This document shows, in pieces, positions 7,993-17,555 of a DNA stretch of 64,000 nt. The stretch comes from Pseudomonadota bacterium (GTDB lineage: Bacteria; Pseudomonadota; Gammaproteobacteria; Thiotrichales; Thiotrichaceae): assembly GCA_002747435.1 (NCBI GenBank), contig PDPH01000052.1, positions 4,416-68,415 on the forward strand, read 5' to 3'. How positions within the stretch are numbered: the first letter of the stretch is position 1; each line of letters opens with the position of its first letter. The position numbers and the translations under genes are program-made. Below the pieces are notes generated by a model. That model was not told the DNA's origin, did no database searches, and saw only the letters and a program-made list of their open reading frames with translations.

Positions 7993-9186
7993 ATGACGAC
8001 TGATACACGCTATCCCTATCCGGGCTTTGATTTTACTATCCAGCACCAAGATACCCAGACAGGGGCGCGCGCAGGTATTTTGCGCACACCACATGGTGAA
8101 ATTGAAACCCCCAATTTCATTTTTTGTGCGACCAAGGCAGCTATTAAAGGTGCGTCGATTGACGATCTAAAAAAAATAGGTGCAGCTATTATTCTGTCCA
8201 ATACGTATCACCTCATGCTGCGCCCAGGTCCTGATTTAGTACGCGAAATGGGTGGCTTGCACCGTTTTATGGGCTGGGACGGCCCTATGTTGACTGATAG
8301 TGGTGGTTTTCAGATTTTCAGTTTGGGGCATGGGTCGGTTGCAGACGAAATCAAAGGACGGCAATCCCGTCAATCCAACTCACTCAAACGCATTAGCGAA
8401 GCAGGAGCTACTTTCAAATCGTATATTGATGGCTCCACCCATCACCTTAGCCCTGAGCTGTCTATACAAATACAGCGTAAACTGGGGGCTGACCTGATTG
8501 TGGTATTAGATGAATGCACGCCTTATCATGTCAGCAAGGCATATACCGAACAATCCATGCACCTCAGTCATCGCTGGGCAGATCGCTGCTTAACTGAGTT
8601 CTTTAATGGCTCGGAATATAACCCGCAAGCACTGGTCGGTATTGTGCAAGGTGGAGTCTATCCTGATTTGCGTAAAGTGGCGGGTGAGTTTATCTCTTCG
8701 CGCCCGTTTTTCTATCATGCCATTGGTGGCTCGCTTGGCTCAAGCAAGGCACAAATGTATGAAGTCGTTGGCTATGCTCAAGCATCTTTAGATAACAGCA
8801 AGCCGGTTCATTTATTAGGCATTGGTGGTGTGGATGATGTTTGGCACAATACAGCACAAGGCATTGACACTTTCGATTGTGTTATGCCTACACGTATAGC
8901 CCGACATGGCTGGGCACTGGTACGCGACGCCGCCGACTACAAGCTTAACCTTAAAAATAGTCGCTTCCGGCATGATCCCGAGCCCATTAGTAATGATTGT
9001 GACTGCCCGGTCTGCCAACAGCATACCCGCGCTTACCTACACTACTTGATCAAGGCCAATGAACTGCTGTACATCAATCTGCTAACGGTACATAACATGC
9101 GCTTTATGATGAATTTAATGCACACCATTCGTCAACATATTAAACAAGGTACATTTACGGCAGAAATGCGGCGTTGGCTGCACTGA
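7993..9186 (+). CDS. tgt: tRNA-guanine transglycosylase family protein (divergent Tgt paralogue)
   Basis: Conserved Tgt blocks are LTDSGGFQIFSL, LDECTPY, GIVQGG and GIDTFDCVMPTR, plus the Zn site CDCPVC...H. ATG at 7993 lies 9 nt after the yhhQ stop (the track lists TTG at 7981). Several canonical motifs are altered; see findings. Confidence 0.85.
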   Translation: MTTDTRYPYPGFDFTIQHQDTQTGARAGILRTPHGEIETPNFIFCATKAAIKGASIDDLKKIGAAIILSNTYHLMLRPGPDLVREMGGLHRFMGWDGPMLTDSGGFQIFSLGHGSVADEIKGRQSRQSNSLKRISEAGATFKSYIDGSTHHLSPELSIQIQRKLGADLIVVLDECTPYHVSKAYTEQSMHLSHRWADRCLTEFFNGSEYNPQALVGIVQGGVYPDLRKVAGEFISSRPFFYHAIGGSLGSSKAQMYEVVGYAQASLDNSKPVHLLGIGGVDDVWHNTAQGIDTFDCVMPTRIARHGWALVRDAADYKLNLKNSRFRHDPEPISNDCDCPVCQQHTRAYLHYLIKANELLYINLLTVHNMRFMMNLMHTIRQHIKQGTFTAEMRRWLH

Positions 9187-9214
9187 AACTGTACTAAAAC
9201 CTGAGATCAGTCTG

Positions 9215-10090
9215 CTAGACTATTCTAGCCTCCCCTAAAAAGACTTGCACATTATCAATCAAACGTGCCTTACCCAACCAAGCAGAGACCAAAATGACTA
9301 AATCCTTATCGCCTGCTTCAGGTTCTTGCAGGTCACAACTGCGGCGAACTTCAAAGTATTCCGGGCGGAAACCATGTTCAGCCAAATGGCCAATCATAAT
9401 TTGCTGGATTGGTTCATAATCTTCATAAGATCGACTGCCTAGCTGTATCACTTGTTGGGCAGCTTCCTGCAAGGTCTGGTGCAAGTAAGGAGCTTGCTGG
9501 CGCTGTTCGGGAGTGAGATAGCTATTACGTGAGCTCATTGCCAGACCATCTTGTTCACGCACTGCCGTAACACCTTCAATGCGTACCTTCATATCCAGAT
9601 CTTGCACCATCTGGCGCACGACACGTAATTGTTGAAAATCCTTTTCCCCAAATACTGCCACCTCAGGCTGCACCAAATTAAATAGCTTACAGACTACCGT
9701 AGCCACGCCGGTAAAATGCCCCGGGCGCTTTTCACCTTCCAATATATCGCTAATACCTGGCACTTCAACACGGGTACGCAAACGCCCTTGTGGGTACATG
9801 CTTTCAGGTGTAGGCGCAAATACCAAGTCAGTGTTCAAGGCTTTTAAGCAGGTACAATCTGCATCCAATGTTTTAGGATAAGCCGCCAAATCTTCAGCAC
9901 GATCAAACTGAGCTGGATTAATGAAAATGGACACAATCACTTTGCTGCCTAACTGCTGTGCTCGCTGCACTAGCGCGAAATGCCCACCATGCAAGTTACC
10001 CATTGTTGGAACAAAAGCAATCGTTTCACCCGCCTGTTGCCATTGGCGGATTTGCGCTTGCAAGGCAGCAATATCATGAATCAATTTCAT
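9215..10090 (-). CDS. panC: Pantoate--beta-alanine ligase
   Basis: VPTMGNLHGGHFALV HIGH-like motif. Full-length resemblance to the PanC family as recalled. Confidence 0.93.
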   Translation of the reverse strand: MKLIHDIAALQAQIRQWQQAGETIAFVPTMGNLHGGHFALVQRAQQLGSKVIVSIFINPAQFDRAEDLAAYPKTLDADCTCLKALNTDLVFAPTPESMYPQGRLRTRVEVPGISDILEGEKRPGHFTGVATVVCKLFNLVQPEVAVFGEKDFQQLRVVRQMVQDLDMKVRIEGVTAVREQDGLAMSSRNSYLTPEQRQQAPYLHQTLQEAAQQVIQLGSRSYEDYEPIQQIMIGHLAEHGFRPEYFEVRRSCDLQEPEAGDKDLVILVSAWLGKARLIDNVQVFLGEARIV

Positions 10091-10099
10091 TCAAATACC

Positions 10100-10930
10100 T
10101 CAAACAAAACAATGTTCTTCTGCTGGGAAACTGCCATCTTTGACAGCCGCCACATAAGCACCTATCGCTTGAGGAATGCGACGTCCTTCCTGCATGAAAT
10201 CTTTGGAAAAACGCGGCGCACGCGGCGTAATACCCAGCATGTCATACAACACCAGCACCTGTCCGTCACAATCGCCACCGGCTCCAATGCCAATCACTGG
10301 AATAAATAACTCATCGGTAATTTGTTTGGCCAGTGCCACCGGCACACACTCCAAAATCAACAAATCAGCTCCCGCTCGTTGCAGGGCTAGCGCATCCTCC
10401 AACATTTGCTGTGCAACCGCTTCATCGCGCCCCTGCACACGATAGCCACCAAGCTTGTGAACAGACTGGGGCTGTAAACCAAGATGGGCGCAGACCGGCA
10501 CGCCATGATGAACTAATTGGCGCACTGTTTCGACTTGCGGCGCACCACCTTCGAGCTTAACCATATGGGCATTGCCCTCCTGCATCAAACGAGCCGTATT
10601 ACGCAAAGCCATTTCTGGCGAGGTATAGCTCATAAACGGCAAATCAGCCATCACGAGTGCATGTTCGTTCGCCGCCGCCACGGCTTTGGTGTGGTAGATA
10701 ATATCGTCTGTACTGACAGGGATGGTTGTCGCATGGCCTTGAATCACCATACCGAGTGAGTCGCCAATCAGTATAATATCGACACCTTCAGCATCCAATA
10801 CCCTCGCAAAACTCGCATCGTAAGCTGTTAACATGGCAATTTTCTCACCTTCGCGTTTCATCTTACGCAAGGTAGTAACGGTAACGCGGCTACGCTGAGC
10901 CGTTAATGCTGAAGTGGCTGGTTGATTCAT
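10100..10930 (-). CDS. panB: 3-methyl-2-oxobutanoate hydroxymethyltransferase
   Basis: MLTAYDASFA, LIGDSLGMV and VKLEGG motifs. It lies directly upstream of panC. Confidence 0.93.
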   Translation of the reverse strand: MNQPATSALTAQRSRVTVTTLRKMKREGEKIAMLTAYDASFARVLDAEGVDIILIGDSLGMVIQGHATTIPVSTDDIIYHTKAVAAANEHALVMADLPFMSYTSPEMALRNTARLMQEGNAHMVKLEGGAPQVETVRQLVHHGVPVCAHLGLQPQSVHKLGGYRVQGRDEAVAQQMLEDALALQRAGADLLILECVPVALAKQITDELFIPVIGIGAGGDCDGQVLVLYDMLGITPRAPRFSKDFMQEGRRIPQAIGAYVAAVKDGSFPAEEHCFV

Positions 10931-11363
10931 AGGCTGTTCCTCTTGGCTGGGGACAGTATAACCTGAAAAAAGCCACCAAAATCAAATTATTTTGCAGCGC
11001 ACAAGCCGTCAGTATAAGAGCCAGCTTTACCTTTCATTAAACAATACAACAACCCATATTCGGCATCCCATTGACAGGATAACCCTCTTCACGCTGTGCA
11101 AATCGCTTCATTTTATCCATAATACTTTCTGATGTTTTAACTCGGTAATAATACACAATACCTTCTAAATCAGCGCGCTAAAGATAATCATTGATACTTT
11201 CGTATAAATTTAACCGATAGGACAAAATATGTTCAGTCAGCACTTTGGCACTAGCTGTAGCAGACTTTTGATCTTGCAGACACGCGCAAACGCCTTAAAT
11301 TCAATGGCATCTCAATAAACAAGCCATGTACAATCAAGCTACGCACAACGGGGAGCACAATCA

Positions 11364-11564
11364 ATGTTGGTATCTTTGCTATTAGCCATCGCCGTATTAC
11401 TGATTTTTGCGGGAGTGGCCGTAGTCATTATTGGTTTAGTACGTTATTTTTTTCCTGCGGTTGAGAGTTTTTTTCCAGACGGCTTCAAAAAACCGCTATC
11501 ACTGCAATACGGCAGCTACTATTTACTAACAGGTCTATTAGTCTTATTGATTTTTGGCGGGTAA
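11364..11564 (+). CDS. Small two-TM membrane protein, hypothetical
   Basis: 66 aa with two hydrophobic helices and a GGGGA SD-like element 8 nt upstream. I recognise no homology. Confidence 0.4.
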   Translation: MLVSLLLAIAVLLIFAGVAVVIIGLVRYFFPAVESFFPDGFKKPLSLQYGSYYLLTGLLVLLIFGG

Positions 11565-11653
11565 GTATTGAAAAGAGATACCTGAAACCATCATGCCTTT
11601 TTCAGCCGGGCGGTGATGCTGTTATGATGCCATAACGTATCATCATAAACTAA

Positions 11654-12496
11654 ATGACAGGAGAAACAGTGGATAAACAGCAAAATACGGTAGCAGAGAA
11701 CCTTGCCCCCCTAGCGGATGGTAAACAAGAGAGACATCCACGCAAACGCGGAGTCTATCTGTTACCGAACTTGTTAACCACAGGTGCTATGTTCGCTGGA
11801 TTCTATGCGATTGTGGCTGCCATGCAGGGCAAATTTGAAGCCGCCGCAGTCGCTGTATTTATTGCCATGATACTGGATGGCTTAGATGGCCGGGTAGCAC
11901 GCCTCACGAATACGCAAACAGCCTTCGGTGCTGAATACGATAGCTTGTCCGATTTAGTATCTTTTGGCCTCGCACCCAGCTTGATCATGTATCAATGGGC
12001 ATTGGTACATTTACGTGAAATGGGAACGACTTGGGGTAAATTAGGCTGGCTGGTTGCTTTTATCTATGTTGCTTGTACAGCTTTACGCCTAGCCCGTTTT
12101 AATACGCAAATTGGCAAAGCTGATAAACGCTTTTTTACTGGACTGCCTAGTCCCACCGCAGCCGCCATTATGGTAGGTACGGTTTGGGTACTTCATGACC
12201 TGGATCTGGGGGGACGCAATTTACAAATTCCAGCATTATTACTCACCTTATGCGTTGGCTTACTCATGGTCAGCAATCTCAGCTATTACAGCTTCAAAAA
12301 CTTAAATCTGCGCAGCAAAATGCCTTTTGTGGTGATGCTAGCAGTATTACTAGGTTTTGCACTGGTCACCTTAGATCCTCCCAAAGTATTATTTACCTTC
12401 TTCCTCACCTATACCTTATCAGGCCCCGTATTGTGGCTAAATCGTGTTTATCGTCGCTATAAACGTCGCCGTAGTACAAGCAATTCTGACACCTGA
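11654..12496 (+). CDS. pssA: CDP-diacylglycerol--serine O-phosphatidyltransferase
   Basis: CDP-alcohol phosphatidyltransferase motif DGLDGRVARLTNTQTAFGAEYDSLSD and multiple TM helices. An alternative GTG start at 11669 has a better AGGAG SD. Confidence 0.88.
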   Translation: MTGETVDKQQNTVAENLAPLADGKQERHPRKRGVYLLPNLLTTGAMFAGFYAIVAAMQGKFEAAAVAVFIAMILDGLDGRVARLTNTQTAFGAEYDSLSDLVSFGLAPSLIMYQWALVHLREMGTTWGKLGWLVAFIYVACTALRLARFNTQIGKADKRFFTGLPSPTAAAIMVGTVWVLHDLDLGGRNLQIPALLLTLCVGLLMVSNLSYYSFKNLNLRSKMPFVVMLAVLLGFALVTLDPPKVLFTFFLTYTLSGPVLWLNRVYRRYKRRRSTSNSDT

Positions 12497-12757
12497 GCTA
12501 TAGAAATGCTTGAGCCATTGTGCATTTTGCTGTAGCTTTGGGGGACTTTCCAATACGACTATTGATACTCATGAAACAATGCAGTCTGACAGCTTGTCTT
12601 GCTACTTGCCTTTCAGGCTCGGGCTGCTGCTTGCCTGTTGCTCTGCTGCTGCGACTGCCCTGATTGGGCACATATACCAGCTTGCCTGACGAGGCGATAA
12701 TCCGTAAACCCAATCAGCATCTATTTAACCCAGCAGCAGAATACTGGAGTATTTACA

Positions 12758-14305
12758 GTGGCTAAAGAACCCTTAATTATTTTTGATACCACCTTGCGCG
12801 ATGGCGAACAAAGTCCTGGCGCTTCCATGACCCAAGCAGAAAAAATTCGCATTGCCCAAATGCTGGAAAAAATGCACGTCAATGTCATTGAAGCAGGCTT
12901 TCCAATAGCCAGCCCAGGCGACTTTGAAGCCGTAAAAGCTATCGCGGACATTGTTAAAGAAAGTACAATTTGCAGCTTAGCGCGCGCCTTGGATAAAGAT
13001 ATTGAGCGTGCAGCAGAAGCCATTCGTCCTGCCAATTCTGGGCGTATTCATACCTTTATTGCCACCTCTCCTATCCACATGCAGAATAAATTGCGCATGA
13101 CACCGGAGCAGGTGGTAGAACAAACGGTTCACGCTGTCAAAAAAGCGCGTAATTATACTGATGATGTGGAATTTTCCTGTGAAGATGCAGGTCGTTCCGA
13201 ATTTGAATTTTTATGCCGTGTGATAGAGGCCGCCATCCACGCGGGGGCAACAACCATCAATATTCCCGATACAGTGGGTTATCAAATCCCGCATGTTTTT
13301 GGCGAAATGGTTGGCCGATTAATTCATACGATCCCCAATGCGGACAAGGCTATTTTTTCCGTTCACTGTCATAATGATTTGGGTCTGGCTGTCGGTAATT
13401 CACTGGCTGCGGTTATGCAGGGCGCACGCCAAGTCGAGTGTACCATTAATGGTTTGGGTGAACGTGCTGGTAATGCTTCTTTGGAGGAAATTGTTATGGC
13501 GATTCGTACCCGTCACGATATTTTCCCTGTGGAAACCCCTATAGATGCCACCCAAATCGTGCCCACCTCCCGCTTAGTATCCAGCATTACAGGCTTTACA
13601 GTGCAACCGAACAAAGCCATTGTCGGTGCAAATGCTTTTGCGCACGAATCCGGCATCCATCAAGACGGCGTAATCAAACATCGGGAAACCTATGAAATTA
13701 TGTGTGCCCAAGATGTTGGCTGGTCAGATAATAAAATGGTCTTAGGCAAGCACTCAGGAAGAAATGCCTTGTATACCCGCTTACAGGAATTAGGCATTGA
13801 ACTGGCCACTAAAGAGGAGCTTGATGCAGCCTTCTCCCGCTTTAAAGATTTAGCAGACCGTAAACATGATATTTACGATGAAGACCTGCATATGCTCGTA
13901 ATGGAATCACGTCAGGACACAGAAAATGCGACTTATGAATTAGTTTCTTCTAAAGTATGCTCTGAAACGGGCGAGTCGCCACACGCCAGCGTCACACTGA
14001 AAGTGAATGGCGAAGAGAGACAAGGTGAAGCAACGGGTGGAGGGCCGGTAGATGCCGTTTTCAAAGCCATCAAAGTGATTACGGGTGAAGAAGCTAGTTT
14101 GCAATTGTACTCAGTTAACAATATAACCAGCGGCACGGATGCCCAAGGCGAAGTCACCGTCCGCTTGGAACAGGCAGGCCGCTTAATACATGGGCATGGT
14201 GCTGATACCGATATTATTATTGCCTCTGCAAAAGCTTATGTAGATGGCCTCAATAAACTGATCACCTGCCAGCAACGCGCTCATCCACAACACGACGGAG
14301 TCTAA
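12758..14305 (+). CDS. leuA: 2-isopropylmalate synthase
   Basis: N-terminus [15 protein letters not shown], the [10 protein letters not shown] motif and a C-terminal LeuA regulatory domain. GTG start with a GGAG SD. Confidence 0.95.
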   Translation: MAKEPLIIFDTTLRDGEQSPGASMTQAEKIRIAQMLEKMHVNVIEAGFPIASPGDFEAVKAIADIVKESTICSLARALDKDIERAAEAIRPANSGRIHTFIATSPIHMQNKLRMTPEQVVEQTVHAVKKARNYTDDVEFSCEDAGRSEFEFLCRVIEAAIHAGATTINIPDTVGYQIPHVFGEMVGRLIHTIPNADKAIFSVHCHNDLGLAVGNSLAAVMQGARQVECTINGLGERAGNASLEEIVMAIRTRHDIFPVETPIDATQIVPTSRLVSSITGFTVQPNKAIVGANAFAHESGIHQDGVIKHRETYEIMCAQDVGWSDNKMVLGKHSGRNALYTRLQELGIELATKEELDAAFSRFKDLADRKHDIYDEDLHMLVMESRQDTENATYELVSSKVCSETGESPHASVTLKVNGEERQGEATGGGPVDAVFKAIKVITGEEASLQLYSVNNITSGTDAQGEVTVRLEQAGRLIHGHGADTDIIIASAKAYVDGLNKLITCQQRAHPQHDGV

Positions 14306-15115
14306 ATGAGTTTGGATCTGCAAACCCGCCGTCGCTACATGAAAGCTCTGGGTATTCCCGTGTGGATACCCAGAGCCACGCCGAACACAGCCGACTCAGA
14401 GTCTAGCTCCGCACCGTCGCCGCGTCCTGCTGCAACTGACTTAGATACCTTATTTAATGAACCGCCCCCAAGCCACTTAAGTCAGTTAGACCATCAACAA
14501 ACCGTAACAGCTTCTGCACACCCCAGCACTCCACAGCTAAAAGCACCTGATTGCAGTGATTTAGATTGGGAAGCTTTGCAAGAAACCGTTAAAACTTGTG
14601 AGCTATGTAAGCTACATAAAACCCGCACGCAGACTGTGTTTGGTACAGGTCATCATGAGGCAGACTGGATGATTGTGGGCGAAGCACCCGGAGCAGAAGA
14701 AGACCGGCAAGGCTTGCCCTTTGTAGGACGTGCAGGTCAATTATTGAATAATATGCTGTCTGCCATTGGCTTACAACGTGAACAGATCTATATCTGCAAT
14801 ATACTCAAGTGCCGTCCGCCGAATAATCGTGACCCCAAGCCTGAAGAATCCGCCTTATGTCGAGCTTATCTACAACGCCAAATTACGCTAGTGAATCCAA
14901 GACTAATACTGGTAGTTGGCCGCATTGCAGCGCATAATCTGCTACAAACTGATACACCTTTAGGAAGGCTGCGCGGCAAACTGCATTATTTACCAGGGAG
15001 TGACTTGCCAGTAATTGTCACTTATCATCCCGCCTATTTATTACGGCAACCTCGAGAAAAACGTAAAGTGTGGCAAGACTTATTACAAGCCAAACGTGTT
15101 ATGCAGGGAACTTAA
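14306..15115 (+). CDS. Uracil-DNA glycosylase, family 4
   Basis: CELCKL...TVFGTGHHEADWMIVGEAPGAEEDRQGLPFVGRAGQLL and TYHPAYLLR motifs, with a low-complexity N-terminal extension. Confidence 0.88.
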   Translation: MSLDLQTRRRYMKALGIPVWIPRATPNTADSESSSAPSPRPAATDLDTLFNEPPPSHLSQLDHQQTVTASAHPSTPQLKAPDCSDLDWEALQETVKTCELCKLHKTRTQTVFGTGHHEADWMIVGEAPGAEEDRQGLPFVGRAGQLLNNMLSAIGLQREQIYICNILKCRPPNNRDPKPEESALCRAYLQRQITLVNPRLILVVGRIAAHNLLQTDTPLGRLRGKLHYLPGSDLPVIVTYHPAYLLRQPREKRKVWQDLLQAKRVMQGT

Positions 15116-15152
15116 CGACTTTAGCAGTTGGCAGGATGAAAACGGGGGCTGG

Positions 15153-15620
15153 ATGGTAAACATGGGATCGCTATTATCCTTACACCCCATGACGGAATCC
15201 GATTTAGACACCGTCATGGCCGTAGAGAAACGCGCTTATCCTTATCCTTGGACAAAAGGTATTTTCAGCGATTGCTTGCGGCATAATTACCTATGTCTAC
15301 TGCATGCAAAACAAGGTAAGCTGTTGGCCTATTGTGTACTCATGTTATCGCTGGATGAGTTGCACATACTGAATTTAACCGTTAATCCCAATCATCAAAA
15401 ACAAGGTTTGGGAACACGTTTACTGTATACAGTGGAAAAAATTGCGCAAGAACTCAATGCCAGAGAATGCTTTCTGGAAGTGCGTCCTTCCAACAGGGCA
15501 GCCATTTGCCTTTATACAAAACAGGGCTTTAATGAAATCGGGCTACGCAGAAACTATTATCCCGCCAAACACGGTCGGGAAGATGCCGTACTGATGGGGA
15601 AAACCTTGATTGATTCGTGA
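15153..15620 (+). CDS. rimI: Ribosomal-protein-alanine N-acetyltransferase (GNAT)
   Basis: GNAT motif A (HQKQGLGTRLL) and a RimI-like length. The track ORF starts at 15015 but overlaps UDG, so ATG 15153, 15162 or 15189 are more plausible starts. Confidence 0.8.
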   Translation: MVNMGSLLSLHPMTESDLDTVMAVEKRAYPYPWTKGIFSDCLRHNYLCLLHAKQGKLLAYCVLMLSLDELHILNLTVNPNHQKQGLGTRLLYTVEKIAQELNARECFLEVRPSNRAAICLYTKQGFNEIGLRRNYYPAKHGREDAVLMGKTLIDS

Positions 15621-15646
15621 TGAGGCTAAGCAGGAATAGTGATTAA

Positions 15647-17002
15647 GTGAATTGGAATGCTATCATGTCGACCTTGGGCAATATCCTTGGAACACAGTCA
15701 GGTTTGGAAACAGAATCCGTGAATCCGGTACGCATTCCCGCAACGGTGCACAATATACAAACGCAATCTATCTGTCCTCGTGCAGATAGCATCATCCGCA
15801 AATTACAACAGGCTGGTTTTGAAGCTTATTTAGTTGGCGGCTGTGTCAGGGATCTATTGCTTGGCTATACCCCCAAGGATTTTGATATTGCGACCAGCGC
15901 TCAACCCGAGCAAGTACGTAAACTATTTTCCAGCGCTCGTCTTATTGGTCGCCGCTTTCGCTTGGCACATATTTATTTCGGTCGTGATTATATTGAAGTC
16001 GCCACCTTCCGTGCGCCCCATGCTGACAATCAGCGAGGTGGACGGGTGAATGAACAAGGGCGCATTATTCATGACAATGTTTATGGCACTATCAAAGAGG
16101 ATGTTTGGCGGCGCGACTTTACAATCAATGCCTTATTTTATGATCCTGCCACTGGTGAAGTCATTGATTATGTGGGGGGCATTCAAGACTTACGTGACAA
16201 ACGTATTCGTCTGATTGGTGAACCGGAACAACGCTACCGCGAAGACCCGGTACGCATGTTACGTGCCTTACGTTTTGCAGCCAAATTGGATACCCTGCCA
16301 GAAGGTCAGACCCGTGATCTGATTGGTGAATTGGGCTACTTATTGGAGGATGTAGCCCCTGCCCGCTTGTTCGATGAATTGTTGAAAATGTTACACAGTG
16401 GGCGTGGCTGGAAAACACTGCAATTGCTAGAAGAATACGATTTATTGCAGTGTTTATTGCCACTCACCCATGAAAGCCTAGCAGAAGATCCCGAAGGTAC
16501 ATTTCGTCCACTTATTCAGGTCGCACTGCAAAACACAGATCGACGTATCGCCGAAGGCAAAACAGTCATGCCGGCCTTCTTGTTTGCTGTTTTGCTTTGG
16601 GAGCAGATGACCCATCTCGCTGCCCAATTTCGCGAAGAGGGGCATCCCGAAGTACAAAGCTTACAATTAGCCGCTGCCGATATTTTGCGCGAGCAGGTAA
16701 ATACCACCGCTATTCCACGCCGTTTCAGCAATATTACCCGTGAAATCTGGGCTTTACAGCCACGTTTCCGTCACCGCGATCTGCGGCGTGCTAATATCTT
16801 GATCAATAATCCACGTTTTCGGGCGGCTTATGACTTCCTTTGCTTACGGGCTGCGGCTGGGGAAAATGTTAAAGACGACTGTGAATGGTGGAACAAGTTC
16901 ATTGAGGCTTCACCAGAAGAAAAGCAAGCGATGTGCAAACCGCCCCATAAAAAACGTCGTAAAAAACGCAGTAAAGCAAAAAGCTCGGAAAATGCCTCAT
17001 GA
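15647..17002 (+). CDS. pcnB: Poly(A) polymerase I
   Basis: LVGGCVRDLLLG...DFDIAT nucleotidyltransferase motif and a basic C-terminal tail, followed by folK as in many proteobacteria. The start could instead be ATG 15665. Confidence 0.92.
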   Translation: MNWNAIMSTLGNILGTQSGLETESVNPVRIPATVHNIQTQSICPRADSIIRKLQQAGFEAYLVGGCVRDLLLGYTPKDFDIATSAQPEQVRKLFSSARLIGRRFRLAHIYFGRDYIEVATFRAPHADNQRGGRVNEQGRIIHDNVYGTIKEDVWRRDFTINALFYDPATGEVIDYVGGIQDLRDKRIRLIGEPEQRYREDPVRMLRALRFAAKLDTLPEGQTRDLIGELGYLLEDVAPARLFDELLKMLHSGRGWKTLQLLEEYDLLQCLLPLTHESLAEDPEGTFRPLIQVALQNTDRRIAEGKTVMPAFLFAVLLWEQMTHLAAQFREEGHPEVQSLQLAAADILREQVNTTAIPRRFSNITREIWALQPRFRHRDLRRANILINNPRFRAAYDFLCLRAAAGENVKDDCEWWNKFIEASPEEKQAMCKPPHKKRRKKRSKAKSSENAS

Positions 17003-17520
17003 GTATGGCAACAGCGGAAACGGTCTGCTGCTATATTGGTTTAGGCAGTAATCAGGGAGAACCGCTGGCTACGCTGCACTCAGCTTTGCAACATTTAAAT
17101 GCTAATCCACACACGTTTGTCGATGCGGTCTCTAATTTTTATCGTAGCAAACCTGTTGGCCCACAAGATCAGCCTGATTATGTTAATGCTGTAGCATGTC
17201 TACAAACCCAGCTTTCTACAGAAGATTTACTCGATTATTTATTAGCTGTAGAAAAACAGCATGGCAGAGTGCGTGACCCTGCATTGCGTTGGGGACCACG
17301 CACACTGGATTTGGATTTGTTACTATACGGTGATGCAATCATTCAAACAGAGCGTTTGACTGTACCACATCCGTTTTTATGTGAGCGCAGCTTTGTAGTC
17401 TACCCTTTGTTTGAATTAGTCGGCAATCTGAAATTACCGAATGGTGTCTGGCTAGATAACTATCGAGAAAAACTGTCTGCGAATGATTTAACACTGATCC
17501 CTGCAACGAATTCCTTATAA
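16999..17520 (+). CDS. folK: 2-amino-4-hydroxy-6-hydroxymethyldihydropteridine diphosphokinase
   Basis: IGLGSN...RWGPRTLDLDLLLYGD...LTVPHP motifs. ATGA overlap with the pcnB stop. Confidence 0.92.
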   Translation: MSMATAETVCCYIGLGSNQGEPLATLHSALQHLNANPHTFVDAVSNFYRSKPVGPQDQPDYVNAVACLQTQLSTEDLLDYLLAVEKQHGRVRDPALRWGPRTLDLDLLLYGDAIIQTERLTVPHPFLCERSFVVYPLFELVGNLKLPNGVWLDNYREKLSANDLTLIPATNSL

Positions 17521-17555
17521 CTGGATAACTGGCTAAATAAATCCGGCATAGCCCT

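Noticed and set aside
12498-13035. Minus-strand track ORFs 12498-12713 and 12721-13035
   Set aside because: They are antisense to the leuA leader and the leuA 5' end. They have low-complexity Ser/Arg/Ala composition, no SD and no recognisable family.
15015-15152. N-terminal extension of the rimI ORF
   Set aside because: It overlaps the well-supported UDG gene by 100 nt in another frame. The GNAT domain only needs the part from about 15153.
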